Translations under genes and position numbers: made by a program
In this document: positions 29,845-39,692 of the stretch, in pieces
Position numbering within the stretch: position 1 is the first letter of the stretch
Layout of the letters: each line of letters begins with the position of its first letter
Sequence record: NC_007623.1
DNA: 64,000 bases
Strand: one strand, 5' to 3'
Notes under the pieces: model-generated
Seen by the model: the letters and a program-made list of their open reading frames with translations, nothing else
Databases searched by the model: none
What the model was told of the DNA's origin: nothing

Positions 29845-31557
29845 ATGGACCGGCAACTCATTAAACACATTGAAAATTCCATGCCGAAGTTCAATAAGTT
29901 ACTGGTGGATGGATTTCATCAGAAGGAGTTTAGTAATGCGTTAGGAGTGTTCGATCATTCCATGAGGGCCATTCTGAAAAGTGTTGAGAAACGGGGTGTC
30001 TTTTACAAGAAAACCGTACGAGCTTCACCTCGGGAGTTCATTGACTACTTGATCAACAGCAGTCGTAAAGTCTTCGATGTCCATAAGGAAAGCTTGTATC
30101 CGGTTAAGATCTGGATCCAGTATAAGGACCGAGGGGGTAAGTTAACGGACTTTTACACCTACACGATGCTCCCGTATACGGATAAGTACGGGGATCTGTG
30201 GTTGAGGGGATCGTTGTATAACCCTCAGATCGTACTCGCTGAACAGGGTCTACCCGTAACGAAAGAGAACGCCTTGTTCGTGAAAGTGCTGGGTTTCAAG
30301 TTTAAGATTGGAATCGAGCATTTCAATTTCTGTCAAGTCTTTACCGACACAGGGATTGAGACCCATCGTCACACGGATATCAACCTGGCGGCTAACCGGT
30401 TCTACAGTCCAACCGAATCCCGGAAGATCAAGGACAGTAAGACCCCTGTTCCGTTGTTGGCGTGGTATATCTTTGCGGACATGGGCTTCAGTACGGCCAT
30501 GGAGGAATATGCGGAGTGTGACTTCCGTATAGGCTCTCTGGATGCGCTGCTTAACGAATGCAAGGCAGAAGACCGGTGGGAAGTCTTTACCGGTCCTAAG
30601 CGTGCTTCGGATAATAAACCTTCGTTAGGTGATTATGTCAGTTTGGACATCGGTATTGCGGTACGGAACAAGTCTAGCAGTCGTAAGGAACTGAGCGCAG
30701 TCGGGTTACAGTACAGCTGTGCTTTATTGTTCATTGCGAACTGTTGTTCGTCGTACTTTGATATTGAACGGTTGGATGATCCGGACTATTGGAAGCTGAT
30801 CATAGGGCGGTGTTCCGTTAAGGCGGGTGACAGTGACGAGTACATCATGCGTTTGATGTATGAGCACTTCGATTCCATTCGGGAGTACCTGGATGAAGAT
30901 TCGATTAAGAAGTTCGCTGCTAAATCGATCGTAGTGACCAATATGTTTGATCTGTTCAACTACATCATTGCGAACCGCAGTGAGATTGTCCAGACCACCG
31001 ACCGTGCGTCAGCGTTCAATAAAGACTTGGCCAGTTTGGAATTCACGCTGGACAGTCTGCTGACGTCTGCCAATAACTTCAAGCACGATATCAAGAACAA
31101 CTCGGAAATCAACCAGAAAAAGGTGGCGAGGTTCTTGACTCACAATTTCCCTATTAAGGAGATCGACAATGCACAATACGCCAACCTTATCCTGGAACCC
31201 ACCCCTACGGATAATCCGTTCGTAGACTACGGGTTGGGCTGCATGCCCCAACACAAGGTCTATACCGGTGGTGGTAAGCGTAAACGGGGTGACTTCGACA
31301 CGTCAGATAGCTCAACCTTTACCCACGCGTCGCTTCCCTTTGTTCATAGTTTTTTACGGGTTACGAATCCTAATCCTGATGCACGGGGATTCCTTAATCC
31401 AAGCATTTATCTGATCAATAATCGTACAACGGGCTTAGACCCTCAATTTAAAGAACTCTACGAACGAACAGATAAACGCCTCAAGAAAAGAGAACCATGG
31501 CCATGGCAAACATCCTCCGTCCATCCGGACAAGTCAACCGAGGAACCGTCTCAATAG
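29845..31557 (+). CDS. Non-virion RNA polymerase beta-like subunit (phiKZ gp123-like)
   Basis: 570 aa; 'MLPYTDKYGDLWLRGSLYNPQIVLAE' parallels the RpoB N-terminal region; conserved position after the capsid gene. Confidence 0.75.
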   Translation: MDRQLIKHIENSMPKFNKLLVDGFHQKEFSNALGVFDHSMRAILKSVEKRGVFYKKTVRASPREFIDYLINSSRKVFDVHKESLYPVKIWIQYKDRGGKLTDFYTYTMLPYTDKYGDLWLRGSLYNPQIVLAEQGLPVTKENALFVKVLGFKFKIGIEHFNFCQVFTDTGIETHRHTDINLAANRFYSPTESRKIKDSKTPVPLLAWYIFADMGFSTAMEEYAECDFRIGSLDALLNECKAEDRWEVFTGPKRASDNKPSLGDYVSLDIGIAVRNKSSSRKELSAVGLQYSCALLFIANCCSSYFDIERLDDPDYWKLIIGRCSVKAGDSDEYIMRLMYEHFDSIREYLDEDSIKKFAAKSIVVTNMFDLFNYIIANRSEIVQTTDRASAFNKDLASLEFTLDSLLTSANNFKHDIKNNSEINQKKVARFLTHNFPIKEIDNAQYANLILEPTPTDNPFVDYGLGCMPQHKVYTGGGKRKRGDFDTSDSSTFTHASLPFVHSFLRVTNPNPDARGFLNPSIYLINNRTTGLDPQFKELYERTDKRLKKREPWPWQTSSVHPDKSTEEPSQ

Positions 31558-33842
31558 ATCCTAATGCACCCATCCCCGGGGCTTCTGGTACGACGATGGG
31601 CCTCGGCGCCCGTCAAGGTATGTACAACCAGATGTCACCCTCCATGCAACTCCGTGGTGTTCTCGAACACGGCCTGCAAGGGAATAGTCAGGGTGGGGGT
31701 GGGGGTTCCATCCATTGGGAACGCTACGGTAACTCCCTCTATGAAGACGCTGCACTCCGGGAGATCCGGGAGAATGCGAATTCTGAAATAGACAGTAACC
31801 AACTCTTCTTGGAGAAGTTTTCCCGTGCTGGGGTGGAATTGATTCAGCAGCTAGGAAGACGACAAGGGGCGTTCTATAACGAATACCGGGAGACCTTAGA
31901 AAACTTTCGTTTTGTTCCCAAAACCCCGGTTAAATGTCCCATTCGGGATGAATTCGTTAACAACCTGAACAAGTACCCTGAAACCCTCCGCTTTATCTCA
32001 ACGGCCTCTGTGCCGATGTTTGTCCAGCGACTGATTGTCCTGGGTAAACAAGGGTCTTCGGAGTTGACGACGTCGGACTATATGGGATCCGCAGTCTTTG
32101 CCTATCGGTCTGTTTTAACCATGGAGATGATCTCCTGGTTGTGCAAGAGTCCGGCAGGTCGACAGTTCACGTATAGGTTGACCCCTGAAATCCAGAAAAT
32201 GATCGCTAACCTGGAGCATTTCAAGGATACGTTTAGCCTCGCCTGTAACACGTTAGGTTGTACGAATCCTTATGCGTCCCTGGTGTATGAGGTGAAGACG
32301 CCAACCACGACGGAGAGCCATCTCATCCACGAAGCACAAACCGCCTTCCTTCATTCTAACTTTGGAGCGAACAACGGCGTGGAATCCCAGAACGATCCAA
32401 CCACTGAAGACATCTTTGAAATGGTGAGGAAACGGGCTGAGCTGGCCAGACGGGACAACCAGGTGTATACTCGCCCTGAAGATCCTCGGTTCCAACCCCC
32501 AGAAGTCCAACGCTGGAATAAGGTCCGGAATGATCTTGAAAACCTGACCGTTAAGAACAAGGATGAGTTTGATCTCACCAGTTATTTCCATTACATCGGT
32601 AAACCCAAGCATTATCTGATTCCGGAAACGGATTGGAAGCGGATAAAGAAGGTTTATAAACGCCACCCTGAACAGTCTCCTCAAGAAGAGAGTATCCTCC
32701 CGGGTTGTTTCCGTATTGTGATTATTGACCTGGAAAAGGATAACGGCTGGTTCAGCACTGTTGTAAGGAGTCGTACACTCGATATGGTCACTGCTCTGTC
32801 TAGCCCTGAAAAGCTGTTGCCGTTGCTGGAAGCTACGGAAGACGGTAATGACGTGGTGGTCCTGCCGGTGGAGAAGGTGGTAGAAGATACCAAGTCCCTG
32901 GAGATCACGCTGGAGACCTGTGAAGAATTGGAAGGGATCCCAGTGGTTACGGTGTCTGAAGGCATCGTCAGCGCGACGTCTAAGAAGCTGATGGCGGCTG
33001 TGGTGACGACCAACACCGCCCTGAGTAAGAACATGCCAGGGACCAACGCCACGTCGTTCTCCGCTACGATCTGGGATACCTTCACCTGTTCCGATGCTCG
33101 GGATAAAGTCCGACTCAAGAACGATCTCCCGTTCCTGTTTAAAGACTTTAAGGAGGGCGATCACTCCCTGTCGTATTACCACCGGATGAAAGCGGTTAAG
33201 GAGTACTTGGATGAAGGGATTCTGGATGAGGAGTTGGGTGAGTTCATTCGGACTCGTCTGACCGCAACGGTGAATGCGTGGTTCGTCAGTTCCCTGGGGT
33301 ACGAACGCCTACCAAGCTCACGGAACCATCTGTCGGTAACCGACATCGTCGAAGACTTCGACGAGCTGGATAAGATCCTGGAAGAAGATCATCCTGAAGG
33401 GTACCGACGGTTCAATGAACCGGGAGGGCCGGGTAACTACCTGACGGAACAAATGAAACTGTTCGTTCCCGATGGGAAATACGATGGTGTGGAAAGTGAA
33501 GAGGGTGGTCTAATCCAAGAAGCTCAGAAGAAGTTGGAGTTACCGTTGGAACGCCGCTTCCACATCACGGTGATCAATAAGCGCAATGGCCCGTTGCCGG
33601 ATCCATCGGGAGAACCCTTGATCATTAAGCGCAGTCGATTCCCGGAGTACTTCGATCTCATAGAGAAAGGATTCAAGGGAACGATGAAAGAGACGGATAA
33701 CCTGGACGTTATTGATAAACTGATTCAATTCTCCGGAGGTGATCAACTCTGGTTATTCAGTTACTCAGCCGTCGATAAGAATGTCGCCACTCTTCGGGTG
33801 GTCAGTCGAAGAAGCCCCTTGGTCCTGTTGGATCTCTTCTGA
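31497..33842 (+). CDS. Conserved hypothetical protein
   Basis: 781 aa with a Gly/Gln-rich N-terminus; follows the nvRNAP subunit. Confidence 0.6.
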   Translation: MAMANILRPSGQVNRGTVSIDPNAPIPGASGTTMGLGARQGMYNQMSPSMQLRGVLEHGLQGNSQGGGGGSIHWERYGNSLYEDAALREIRENANSEIDSNQLFLEKFSRAGVELIQQLGRRQGAFYNEYRETLENFRFVPKTPVKCPIRDEFVNNLNKYPETLRFISTASVPMFVQRLIVLGKQGSSELTTSDYMGSAVFAYRSVLTMEMISWLCKSPAGRQFTYRLTPEIQKMIANLEHFKDTFSLACNTLGCTNPYASLVYEVKTPTTTESHLIHEAQTAFLHSNFGANNGVESQNDPTTEDIFEMVRKRAELARRDNQVYTRPEDPRFQPPEVQRWNKVRNDLENLTVKNKDEFDLTSYFHYIGKPKHYLIPETDWKRIKKVYKRHPEQSPQEESILPGCFRIVIIDLEKDNGWFSTVVRSRTLDMVTALSSPEKLLPLLEATEDGNDVVVLPVEKVVEDTKSLEITLETCEELEGIPVVTVSEGIVSATSKKLMAAVVTTNTALSKNMPGTNATSFSATIWDTFTCSDARDKVRLKNDLPFLFKDFKEGDHSLSYYHRMKAVKEYLDEGILDEELGEFIRTRLTATVNAWFVSSLGYERLPSSRNHLSVTDIVEDFDELDKILEEDHPEGYRRFNEPGGPGNYLTEQMKLFVPDGKYDGVESEEGGLIQEAQKKLELPLERRFHITVINKRNGPLPDPSGEPLIIKRSRFPEYFDLIEKGFKGTMKETDNLDVIDKLIQFSGGDQLWLFSYSAVDKNVATLRVVSRRSPLVLLDLF

Positions 33843-33878
33843 ATACTTGATTTAATCGCGATTGAATTAAAACTATTA

Positions 33879-33910
33879 ACCTACCCTAGTGGATCTCCAC
33901 TAGGGTAGGT
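33879..33910 (+). terminator. Long-stem hairpin
   Basis: ACCTACCCTAGTGGA-TC-TCCACTAGGGTAGGT. Confidence 0.75.
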
Positions 33911-34040
33911 ATTCCTTATTGGTTTATTTATTTAACTTACAGTTATTTTCAGATCTAAATAATCAGGGTGAATAGCAACAATCCTATTAATTGTTAACTG
34001 TTTTACTCCCCATTTCCTACACACGAACGAGGATTCACAC

Positions 34041-34397
34041 ATGACCACTTCCAATGACAAAGCCAAAACCACCAACAAGTCCTTCACCGGTGAGCGCAAG
34101 GAAGGTTTCGCAGCCACAACTGTCGCCGGGATCGTCGGAGGCGTCCTGGGTGCCGCCGCCCATTTCAATGGCACCAAAAACATCGGTTCGTCCCTGATCG
34201 CCGGTGCGGCCGGTGTGACCGTCGGTTGGGCGGCGGGTCGTCTGGTGTCCCCTGTTCAACACCTCGGTACGCCAGCTACCATTCTGGGTAGTGCCTGGTC
34301 GGGTCTGCTCGGTGCGTCGATCGCCATCACCGCGGGTGAACTGGCTGGTTCGGTAATGGGTGCTGCCCAAGAAGCCCTGCCGAGCGCCGGCGAGTAA
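34041..34397 (+). CDS. Glycine-zipper membrane protein
   Basis: Three hydrophobic GxxxG-rich segments; SD GAGGA. Confidence 0.7.
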   Translation: MTTSNDKAKTTNKSFTGERKEGFAATTVAGIVGGVLGAAAHFNGTKNIGSSLIAGAAGVTVGWAAGRLVSPVQHLGTPATILGSAWSGLLGASIAITAGELAGSVMGAAQEALPSAGE

Positions 34398-34471
34398 GTT
34401 CTGCCCCAAGGAGAAGGTTATCCCTTCTCCTCTTCTTTTCAGTAACCCGCTCAGCCAGGAAGGTGTTTATT

Positions 34472-34636
34472 ATGAAATCCAGCGGCCTGCTTCTTCTGTG
34501 CGTTGGTGTTATGTTCGGCTTCTTGTTCGTGAACGCGAACTACGGCCAAGAGACTCAGGAAGATGAATCCCAAGAAGTGATCTTGGGACATCGTATTGCT
34601 CCTAACGGGCAAGAAATCCTGGTCTACCAACACTGA
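34472..34636 (+). CDS. Small single-pass membrane protein (54 aa, not in the ORF track)
   Basis: AGGAAGGTG SD; MKSSGLLLLCVGVMFGFLFVNANYGQETQEDESQEVILGHRIAPNGQEILVYQH; followed by a hairpin. Confidence 0.65.
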   Translation: MKSSGLLLLCVGVMFGFLFVNANYGQETQEDESQEVILGHRIAPNGQEILVYQH

Positions 34637-34647
34637 AGAACCCACCC

Positions 34648-34687
34648 CCCGCTTCCTTGTCCTGTTTAAGAGGGATGAGGAGGCGGG
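34648..34687 (+). terminator. Intrinsic terminator
   Basis: CCCGCTTCCTTGTCC / GGATGAGGAGGCGGG followed by TTCTTT. Confidence 0.6.
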
Positions 34688-34726
34688 TTCTTTACGTCTC
34701 TTTCATTTTTCACATAGGGAAATACC

Positions 34727-35158
34727 ATGCTAACGCCAGATGAAGCGAAGAAACGTCGGGTAAGAGTGGCTGAAATCTTTAGTCTGATTTCGGAGGCTAA
34801 TCAGCTTCTGGTTAAGGTCTCAGCCACCGCGAATGCTAACAGGAGTGAGGAGATGTTTGCGTTATCCATGTCTCTCCTGGAAGAGGCGGACACCAAGCTG
34901 AATGCGTACAAAAAGGAATTCCCCAATTGTCTCTCCTTGAAGTACAACCGTTGGATGCAAGTCGGGGTGAATTCTGAGGGTGGGGTGAGTAATAAACAAG
35001 GGCTTCCTCAACCCCCTCTCTTGACTGAAGACAATCAGCTCTCCCCTGAGTGGGTGACTTGGTACAGTCAGGTTATGGGGTATTCCCATTCCCATGCCTT
35101 GGAGGTGGGTGAACTTCTGTTGAATGCGTATCAGAACCTTCCTCCCTCCGAAGTGTAA
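34727..35158 (+). CDS. Hypothetical protein
   Basis: 143-aa ORF, SD AGGGA. Confidence 0.6.
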   Translation: MLTPDEAKKRRVRVAEIFSLISEANQLLVKVSATANANRSEEMFALSMSLLEEADTKLNAYKKEFPNCLSLKYNRWMQVGVNSEGGVSNKQGLPQPPLLTEDNQLSPEWVTWYSQVMGYSHSHALEVGELLLNAYQNLPPSEV

Positions 35159-35213
35159 AGGATTAACGGCAAACAGTCTCCCCCCTTAGGGGAGACTTTC
35201 TTGAGAAAGACGT

Positions 35214-35465
35214 ATGTTTAGAATGAATAAGGGTTGTTACCCTACCGGAATAAATCCTAATGGAAAGTTTCTGAGTCAAGAGGAATTGTGGAAACTCCCC
35301 AATGGGACTTATGTAACCTCCCCTTCGCACCATCATCACGTCTATCAACACGCCCGTCGTGTTGAAGTTCGAGATGGTCAATGCTGGCTGGTCACTGATC
35401 CCAGGTATATCTATTCCCTTGAAGACTTCTTTAAATACAACCTGCTCTACAGGAAAACCGCATGA
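35214..35465 (+). CDS. Hypothetical protein
   Basis: 83-aa ORF. Confidence 0.5.
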   Translation: MFRMNKGCYPTGINPNGKFLSQEELWKLPNGTYVTSPSHHHHVYQHARRVEVRDGQCWLVTDPRYIYSLEDFFKYNLLYRKTA

Positions 35466-35596
35466 AAAAGACCTGGATGTTGATGTCTCGTAGGAGACAT
35501 TCACCGAGCAGTATGGGATTGACCTAGGGAGTAAACTGGGCTCATTCATCGTTGATTAAAAACCTTTTGTCATTAATCCACTTATAGGACACCGTT

Positions 35597-36064
35597 ATGT
35601 CGAAGAAAATGCCGCCGGACTTCCGTAAACTGCACCTGGAAGCCTTGTACACCTACCTGAATGAAACCACGGGCGCGTGTGTCATCCTGGTTAACACCGA
35701 CGCCGGCCCTGAAGTGAAAGAAATCGGTCAAGGGAACCCCAGCGTCTTCTTCAACATCGGAGGGTTCGCGGTGAAGTACCTTCATTTCCATGAGGAGTAC
35801 GTTCATTTCGAATGCCGTTGCCAGGGGAAGGTATACGAGCTCTTCATCAAGTATGAAGATATCTTGGGTGTGCGGTATAACAGAGACTTGATTTACCTGG
35901 GTGGGGTGTGCCGAATAGTAGGTCAGGATGAAGACGGTCGGTTGATGCTCGCCCCTGGTGAAATCGCTCCTCCAGAACAGGATGATAAGAAAGAATCCTC
36001 CGTCCCCAAACCTCAGAACGGACACACCTCTCCGTTCAAGGTCATTGAAGGCGGTAAAGACTAA
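35597..36064 (+). CDS. sspB: SspB-like ClpXP protease adaptor
   Basis: 'LEALYTYL...VILVN...VFFNIGGFAVKYLHFHEEYVHFECRCQGKVYELFIKYEDILGV' aligns by eye with SspB (ALYEW...LVN...VLNISxxAVxxLxxxxxxxxFxxRFxG...VPxxAVLAI); disordered linker and C-terminal 'SPFKVIEGGKD'. Confidence 0.7.
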   Translation: MSKKMPPDFRKLHLEALYTYLNETTGACVILVNTDAGPEVKEIGQGNPSVFFNIGGFAVKYLHFHEEYVHFECRCQGKVYELFIKYEDILGVRYNRDLIYLGGVCRIVGQDEDGRLMLAPGEIAPPEQDDKKESSVPKPQNGHTSPFKVIEGGKD

Positions 36065-36083
36065 CCCCTCACTATCAATACCC

Positions 36084-36104
36084 CCGGTAGGGATAACCTA
36101 CCGG
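36084..36104 (+). terminator. Hairpin after the sspB-like gene
   Basis: CCGGTAGG-GATAA-CCTACCGG. Confidence 0.6.
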
Positions 36105-36189
36105 TGGTTAAATTATTCTGTTGAGTGTATCTAATACGTACATTGACCAGAATCATTTAGAGTTTCATAAACACCTGAGGTAATCCAAA

Positions 36190-36672
36190 ATGCTACCGAT
36201 TAAATCACGGCTACAAGAAATGATCATCAACGCCCAACCCCTCCCCGGCGTTGTGGATGACATTTACAAAGGCTACGAGGAAGTTAGGGTGTTCTTCTCC
36301 AACTTCGATCGGGTAATCACTCAACTCCCTTTCGATAAGGATATTCTCAATCACCTGCCCCGGGGTGAAGCCAAGACGGAGGACTTCTTCTTTCTCCACA
36401 CCATCTACCAGGAGCAGAACAAAGGCGCCATCCATGGCTTCGGAGAAGGGTATTCAGGGAACATTCGTTTCCGGATTAAGATCGTACGGAACACTAAAGG
36501 GGTCATTGCAGGGTTGACCGTAGGGACTCTGGGCTGGGGAATGAAAGATCTGGAACGGGATTTCAAGAACAAACACCTGTTGCATGGGGGTGTGGATTAC
36601 AAAGACGAACTCCTGGGTAAAGTGGTTCGTCATATTGAATTGGTCAAACTCTTCTACATCGAAGACATTTAA
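36190..36672 (+). CDS. Hypothetical protein
   Basis: 160 aa, SD GAGG. Confidence 0.6.
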   Translation: MLPIKSRLQEMIINAQPLPGVVDDIYKGYEEVRVFFSNFDRVITQLPFDKDILNHLPRGEAKTEDFFFLHTIYQEQNKGAIHGFGEGYSGNIRFRIKIVRNTKGVIAGLTVGTLGWGMKDLERDFKNKHLLHGGVDYKDELLGKVVRHIELVKLFYIEDI

Positions 36673-36697
36673 CATCTTTCAGAAGGAGTAACCCCCC

Positions 36698-37021
36698 ATG
36701 GTAACAGTTCGTAAGGAAGGTAAAGAACGGTCTCCTCTGTCGAGTCCCATCGTAGGCGAACGGGATTCCGTTGATTTCCATAACAACAAAGAACACCTGG
36801 AGAATGGGACGTATCGAGTTATCGAGTACGACGGGGAAATCAATTATTGTGTGTTAGACTATCTCGTTGAATCTTGGTACAGCGAGGAAGAACACATGGA
36901 ATTCCTCGATAATCTACACATGGACCATCTGGCCGAGAGAATAGGCGAGCCATACTGCGAAGACTTGGGAGAACCGTTCACCCAAGTCCTACATGACAAT
37001 TTCAGTGACCTTTTGACTTAA
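36698..37021 (+). CDS. Hypothetical acidic protein
   Basis: 107 aa, SD AAGGAG. Confidence 0.6.
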   Translation: MVTVRKEGKERSPLSSPIVGERDSVDFHNNKEHLENGTYRVIEYDGEINYCVLDYLVESWYSEEEHMEFLDNLHMDHLAERIGEPYCEDLGEPFTQVLHDNFSDLLT

Positions 37022-37038
37022 CAAGACGAGGGGGTGGT

Positions 37039-37824
37039 ATGAACACGTTTTACATCATTCAAGTCGACCAACGTTCCACTTCCCACCCGGGAACCATCAC
37101 TCAGTATTACGCCGAGGATCCCTCTTCTCGTGGTTATCCCGATTTCAGCAAGTCCTGGATGGACTGTAGCACTTTCCACAGCCTCGAAAGTGCTACTGAA
37201 GTCATTAACCGGATGCTCACTGATAAGAACACTCGCTTCGGTGATGGTTCGGTCTATCTTCCCCTCACATTCCGGATACTGCGTCGTGATTACAACGCAC
37301 CTGTTCCCGGTACGAAATACGAGTTCGATCTCTCCATTGTCGAGTTCTCCTACACCGATCCCTCCGACTTGAAAGTCAAAACAGTTGATCGCTGGGGAGT
37401 CGACTTCATATGGGGTGGAGGAGATAAACTCGCCAGGACTTTCTACCGCGTCGAAACGAATCCCGATCAACCCAACATGCCCTACTTGCCGGGTAAGAAT
37501 GAACCAAGTCTCTTCTACCCCAAGGCATTGGAGGGCGCTCACCCGTGGGTGTACTGGTATATCCGCAGTCATGAACTTGAGTTCACTTCCGCTTCAGTTA
37601 AAACTGCTTTGGAAGAGAAAGACAAGGTCATCGGTAAAATCAGTAACCAAAGTTCCAATGTGGAGCTTTACGACGAGATGTTTCCTAAAGCAGGCGACCG
37701 GGTTGCCGTGGGGGATCTAGTACTCCTGGGGGATGTTCTAGCTCTTCGTAATAAGAACTCCGATCTCACCCTGGAAGAAATCCACCAACAAAAATTGTCT
37801 CGTCGCGTTTCGAATAAACAATAA
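37039..37824 (+). CDS. Hypothetical protein, paralog of 38853..39659
   Basis: SD GAGGGG; colinear similarity with the 38853 protein. Confidence 0.7.
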   Translation: MNTFYIIQVDQRSTSHPGTITQYYAEDPSSRGYPDFSKSWMDCSTFHSLESATEVINRMLTDKNTRFGDGSVYLPLTFRILRRDYNAPVPGTKYEFDLSIVEFSYTDPSDLKVKTVDRWGVDFIWGGGDKLARTFYRVETNPDQPNMPYLPGKNEPSLFYPKALEGAHPWVYWYIRSHELEFTSASVKTALEEKDKVIGKISNQSSNVELYDEMFPKAGDRVAVGDLVLLGDVLALRNKNSDLTLEEIHQQKLSRRVSNKQ

Positions 37825-37893
37825 AGACAGTCAGTCAACAGAGGCCCTGTGAGGCCTCTGTTGGTATTTATTTCAGTAGTCAAGGAATTTGTA

Positions 37894-38358
37894 ATGGCTA
37901 GAAAAACCCTGTGTATGTTGATTCGCCATCACCAGTACGCGCTGGTAACCAATGACATCCAAAAGAGCGACTTCTTTTACACCTGCCCGTTTGAATCGAC
38001 CGTTGAAGGCCAACCGATTCTCTGTGCGGTGTTCTACAAGAAACCCAACCCCGAACGCATGAAAGCTGCGTATTCGCTGACGACTCTCCCCTGTCATTTG
38101 ACCCTTGAAGGATGGCAGAGCCTGATTGTGGATGCAGAACAACGCGCTATCCTCGTTACTCCCAGGCGGATCTATGATTTCCGTGGGGAGGAAATCAACG
38201 TGTGTAATGGAGAGAATAAGGGGTTTACCTTTGGAGCGGATGAATTCGTTCACCTTTTTGGTAAGTACCTCGACGTTAACGTTCCGTTGGGCGCTCTCTA
38301 CGCCGACAAGCAAATTGGTGAAGCATTTGAAGTTATCGCTGTAAAACCCCGTAACTAG
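37894..38358 (+). CDS. Hypothetical protein
   Basis: SD AAGGA before ATG 37894. Confidence 0.6.
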   Translation: MARKTLCMLIRHHQYALVTNDIQKSDFFYTCPFESTVEGQPILCAVFYKKPNPERMKAAYSLTTLPCHLTLEGWQSLIVDAEQRAILVTPRRIYDFRGEEINVCNGENKGFTFGADEFVHLFGKYLDVNVPLGALYADKQIGEAFEVIAVKPRN

Positions 38359-38433
38359 GAGGAGTGTTATGGGTACCCAAACGATCAGTTCGGCGATTAA
38401 CCCACAACCTTCCATTTCGTATTCGGGTGATTT

Positions 38434-38799
38434 ATGGAAAGAACGATCAAAGAAGTATTTGAATCGATGGCGAAGAATCTTCAAGATATCCAGCGCCTGA
38501 AGGGTCCTAACGCAAGGGTGTGTATTACCTTAGAGATTGACGGCGAAATAGTCGATTTCATCCTGCATCAGGGATATAAACATCAACCCACCCTCTTAAC
38601 TGCGATTATTATCTCAATCCGTATTCAAAATGTTGAAGGTATCCATCCCCAGGGAGTCATCATGATGTACAATGATGGCGAATTGTCGATGGGAATCTAC
38701 AAAGATGCTAAGTACGGCGGCGAAACGTTGGAAGGTGTGCTTCGTGTCGCCGAAGAATACATGAGTGAAGTCGAAGAAACCCCCCACACCCTCCATTGA
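38434..38799 (+). CDS. Hypothetical protein
   Basis: 121-aa ORF, SD GGTGA. Confidence 0.55.
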   Translation: MERTIKEVFESMAKNLQDIQRLKGPNARVCITLEIDGEIVDFILHQGYKHQPTLLTAIIISIRIQNVEGIHPQGVIMMYNDGELSMGIYKDAKYGGETLEGVLRVAEEYMSEVEETPHTLH

Positions 38800-38852
38800 T
38801 GGAATCCTCTACCCCGCGTCCTACAACCCTACTCCCTTAAAAGGAAGTCATC

Positions 38853-39659
38853 ATGTCTATTTCCTACATCATCCGGATTGATTCCCGTCTCAATAACCAA
38901 GGAGATGCCGTTACACGCTTCTATAACGTTCATGGTGGGGCGTTTGACCATCCCCGCTATATGACCCACTGGTACGACGCAAAAGCCTTCACAACGTTCC
39001 CTGAAGCCGTTAAAGTGGTTAAACGGATCATTGATGAGGAACCGGGGTTGTATTCCAAAGATCCTTACCGGGCGTTGTACGACCTCTGCTCCGCAGGGTT
39101 GGATCGCCCTATAGACCCGGATGGGTCCTACACCTTCGTGATTTACATTATCCGTTGCAATTCGGAGGATCCTTCGGACCCTCGAATGGAAGTGGTGGAT
39201 CGTTGGGATGTGGAGTTCTATCGGAATAAAACCCTACCCGACGGTCAGTTCAGTTCTATCGTATACCACGCGGAGGATAACCCCGAGGAGAGTGACCCCG
39301 GACGCTTCTACGTCCCAGGGGACAACGAACCCAGTGTCTTCTACTGTGACCGATTGGGTGGCGCGCATCCTTGGATCCATTGGTACATCATTACCCATGA
39401 GCTCGAATTCACCCACGAGAACATCGAATTCGCTAAGGATGAGAAAACCCGGGTAATCGAACAACTGCTGGAACAACAGAGCTGGGTGCCGTACTACAGT
39501 GAGAAATTTCCTCTCACTTCCCGAGAAATCGTTGTTCACCAACCCCTGCTGTTGGGGTATGTGTTGAGTAAGCGTAATGACAATCCTTCCCTGTCGTTGG
39601 AAGAGGTCCATTACCAAGAAATCACCCGGCGTAACACCAAACCGTCTGCTCATCACTGA
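38853..39659 (+). CDS. Hypothetical protein, paralog of 37039..37824
   Basis: SD AAGGA; shares 'VDRW', 'GAHPW..WYI..HELEFT' and 'LEE.H.Q...RR'. Confidence 0.7.
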   Translation: MSISYIIRIDSRLNNQGDAVTRFYNVHGGAFDHPRYMTHWYDAKAFTTFPEAVKVVKRIIDEEPGLYSKDPYRALYDLCSAGLDRPIDPDGSYTFVIYIIRCNSEDPSDPRMEVVDRWDVEFYRNKTLPDGQFSSIVYHAEDNPEESDPGRFYVPGDNEPSVFYCDRLGGAHPWIHWYIITHELEFTHENIEFAKDEKTRVIEQLLEQQSWVPYYSEKFPLTSREIVVHQPLLLGYVLSKRNDNPSLSLEEVHYQEITRRNTKPSAHH

Positions 39660-39692
39660 GCATTCCGTTAATCCTTATTCCACCGAGGGAGA

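Noticed and set aside
38369-38500. 43-codon ORF with a strong AGGAGGAG SD overlapping 38434
   Set aside because: Could be a real small gene, but an in-frame TGA just before 38434 argues against a frameshifted single gene and there is no other support.
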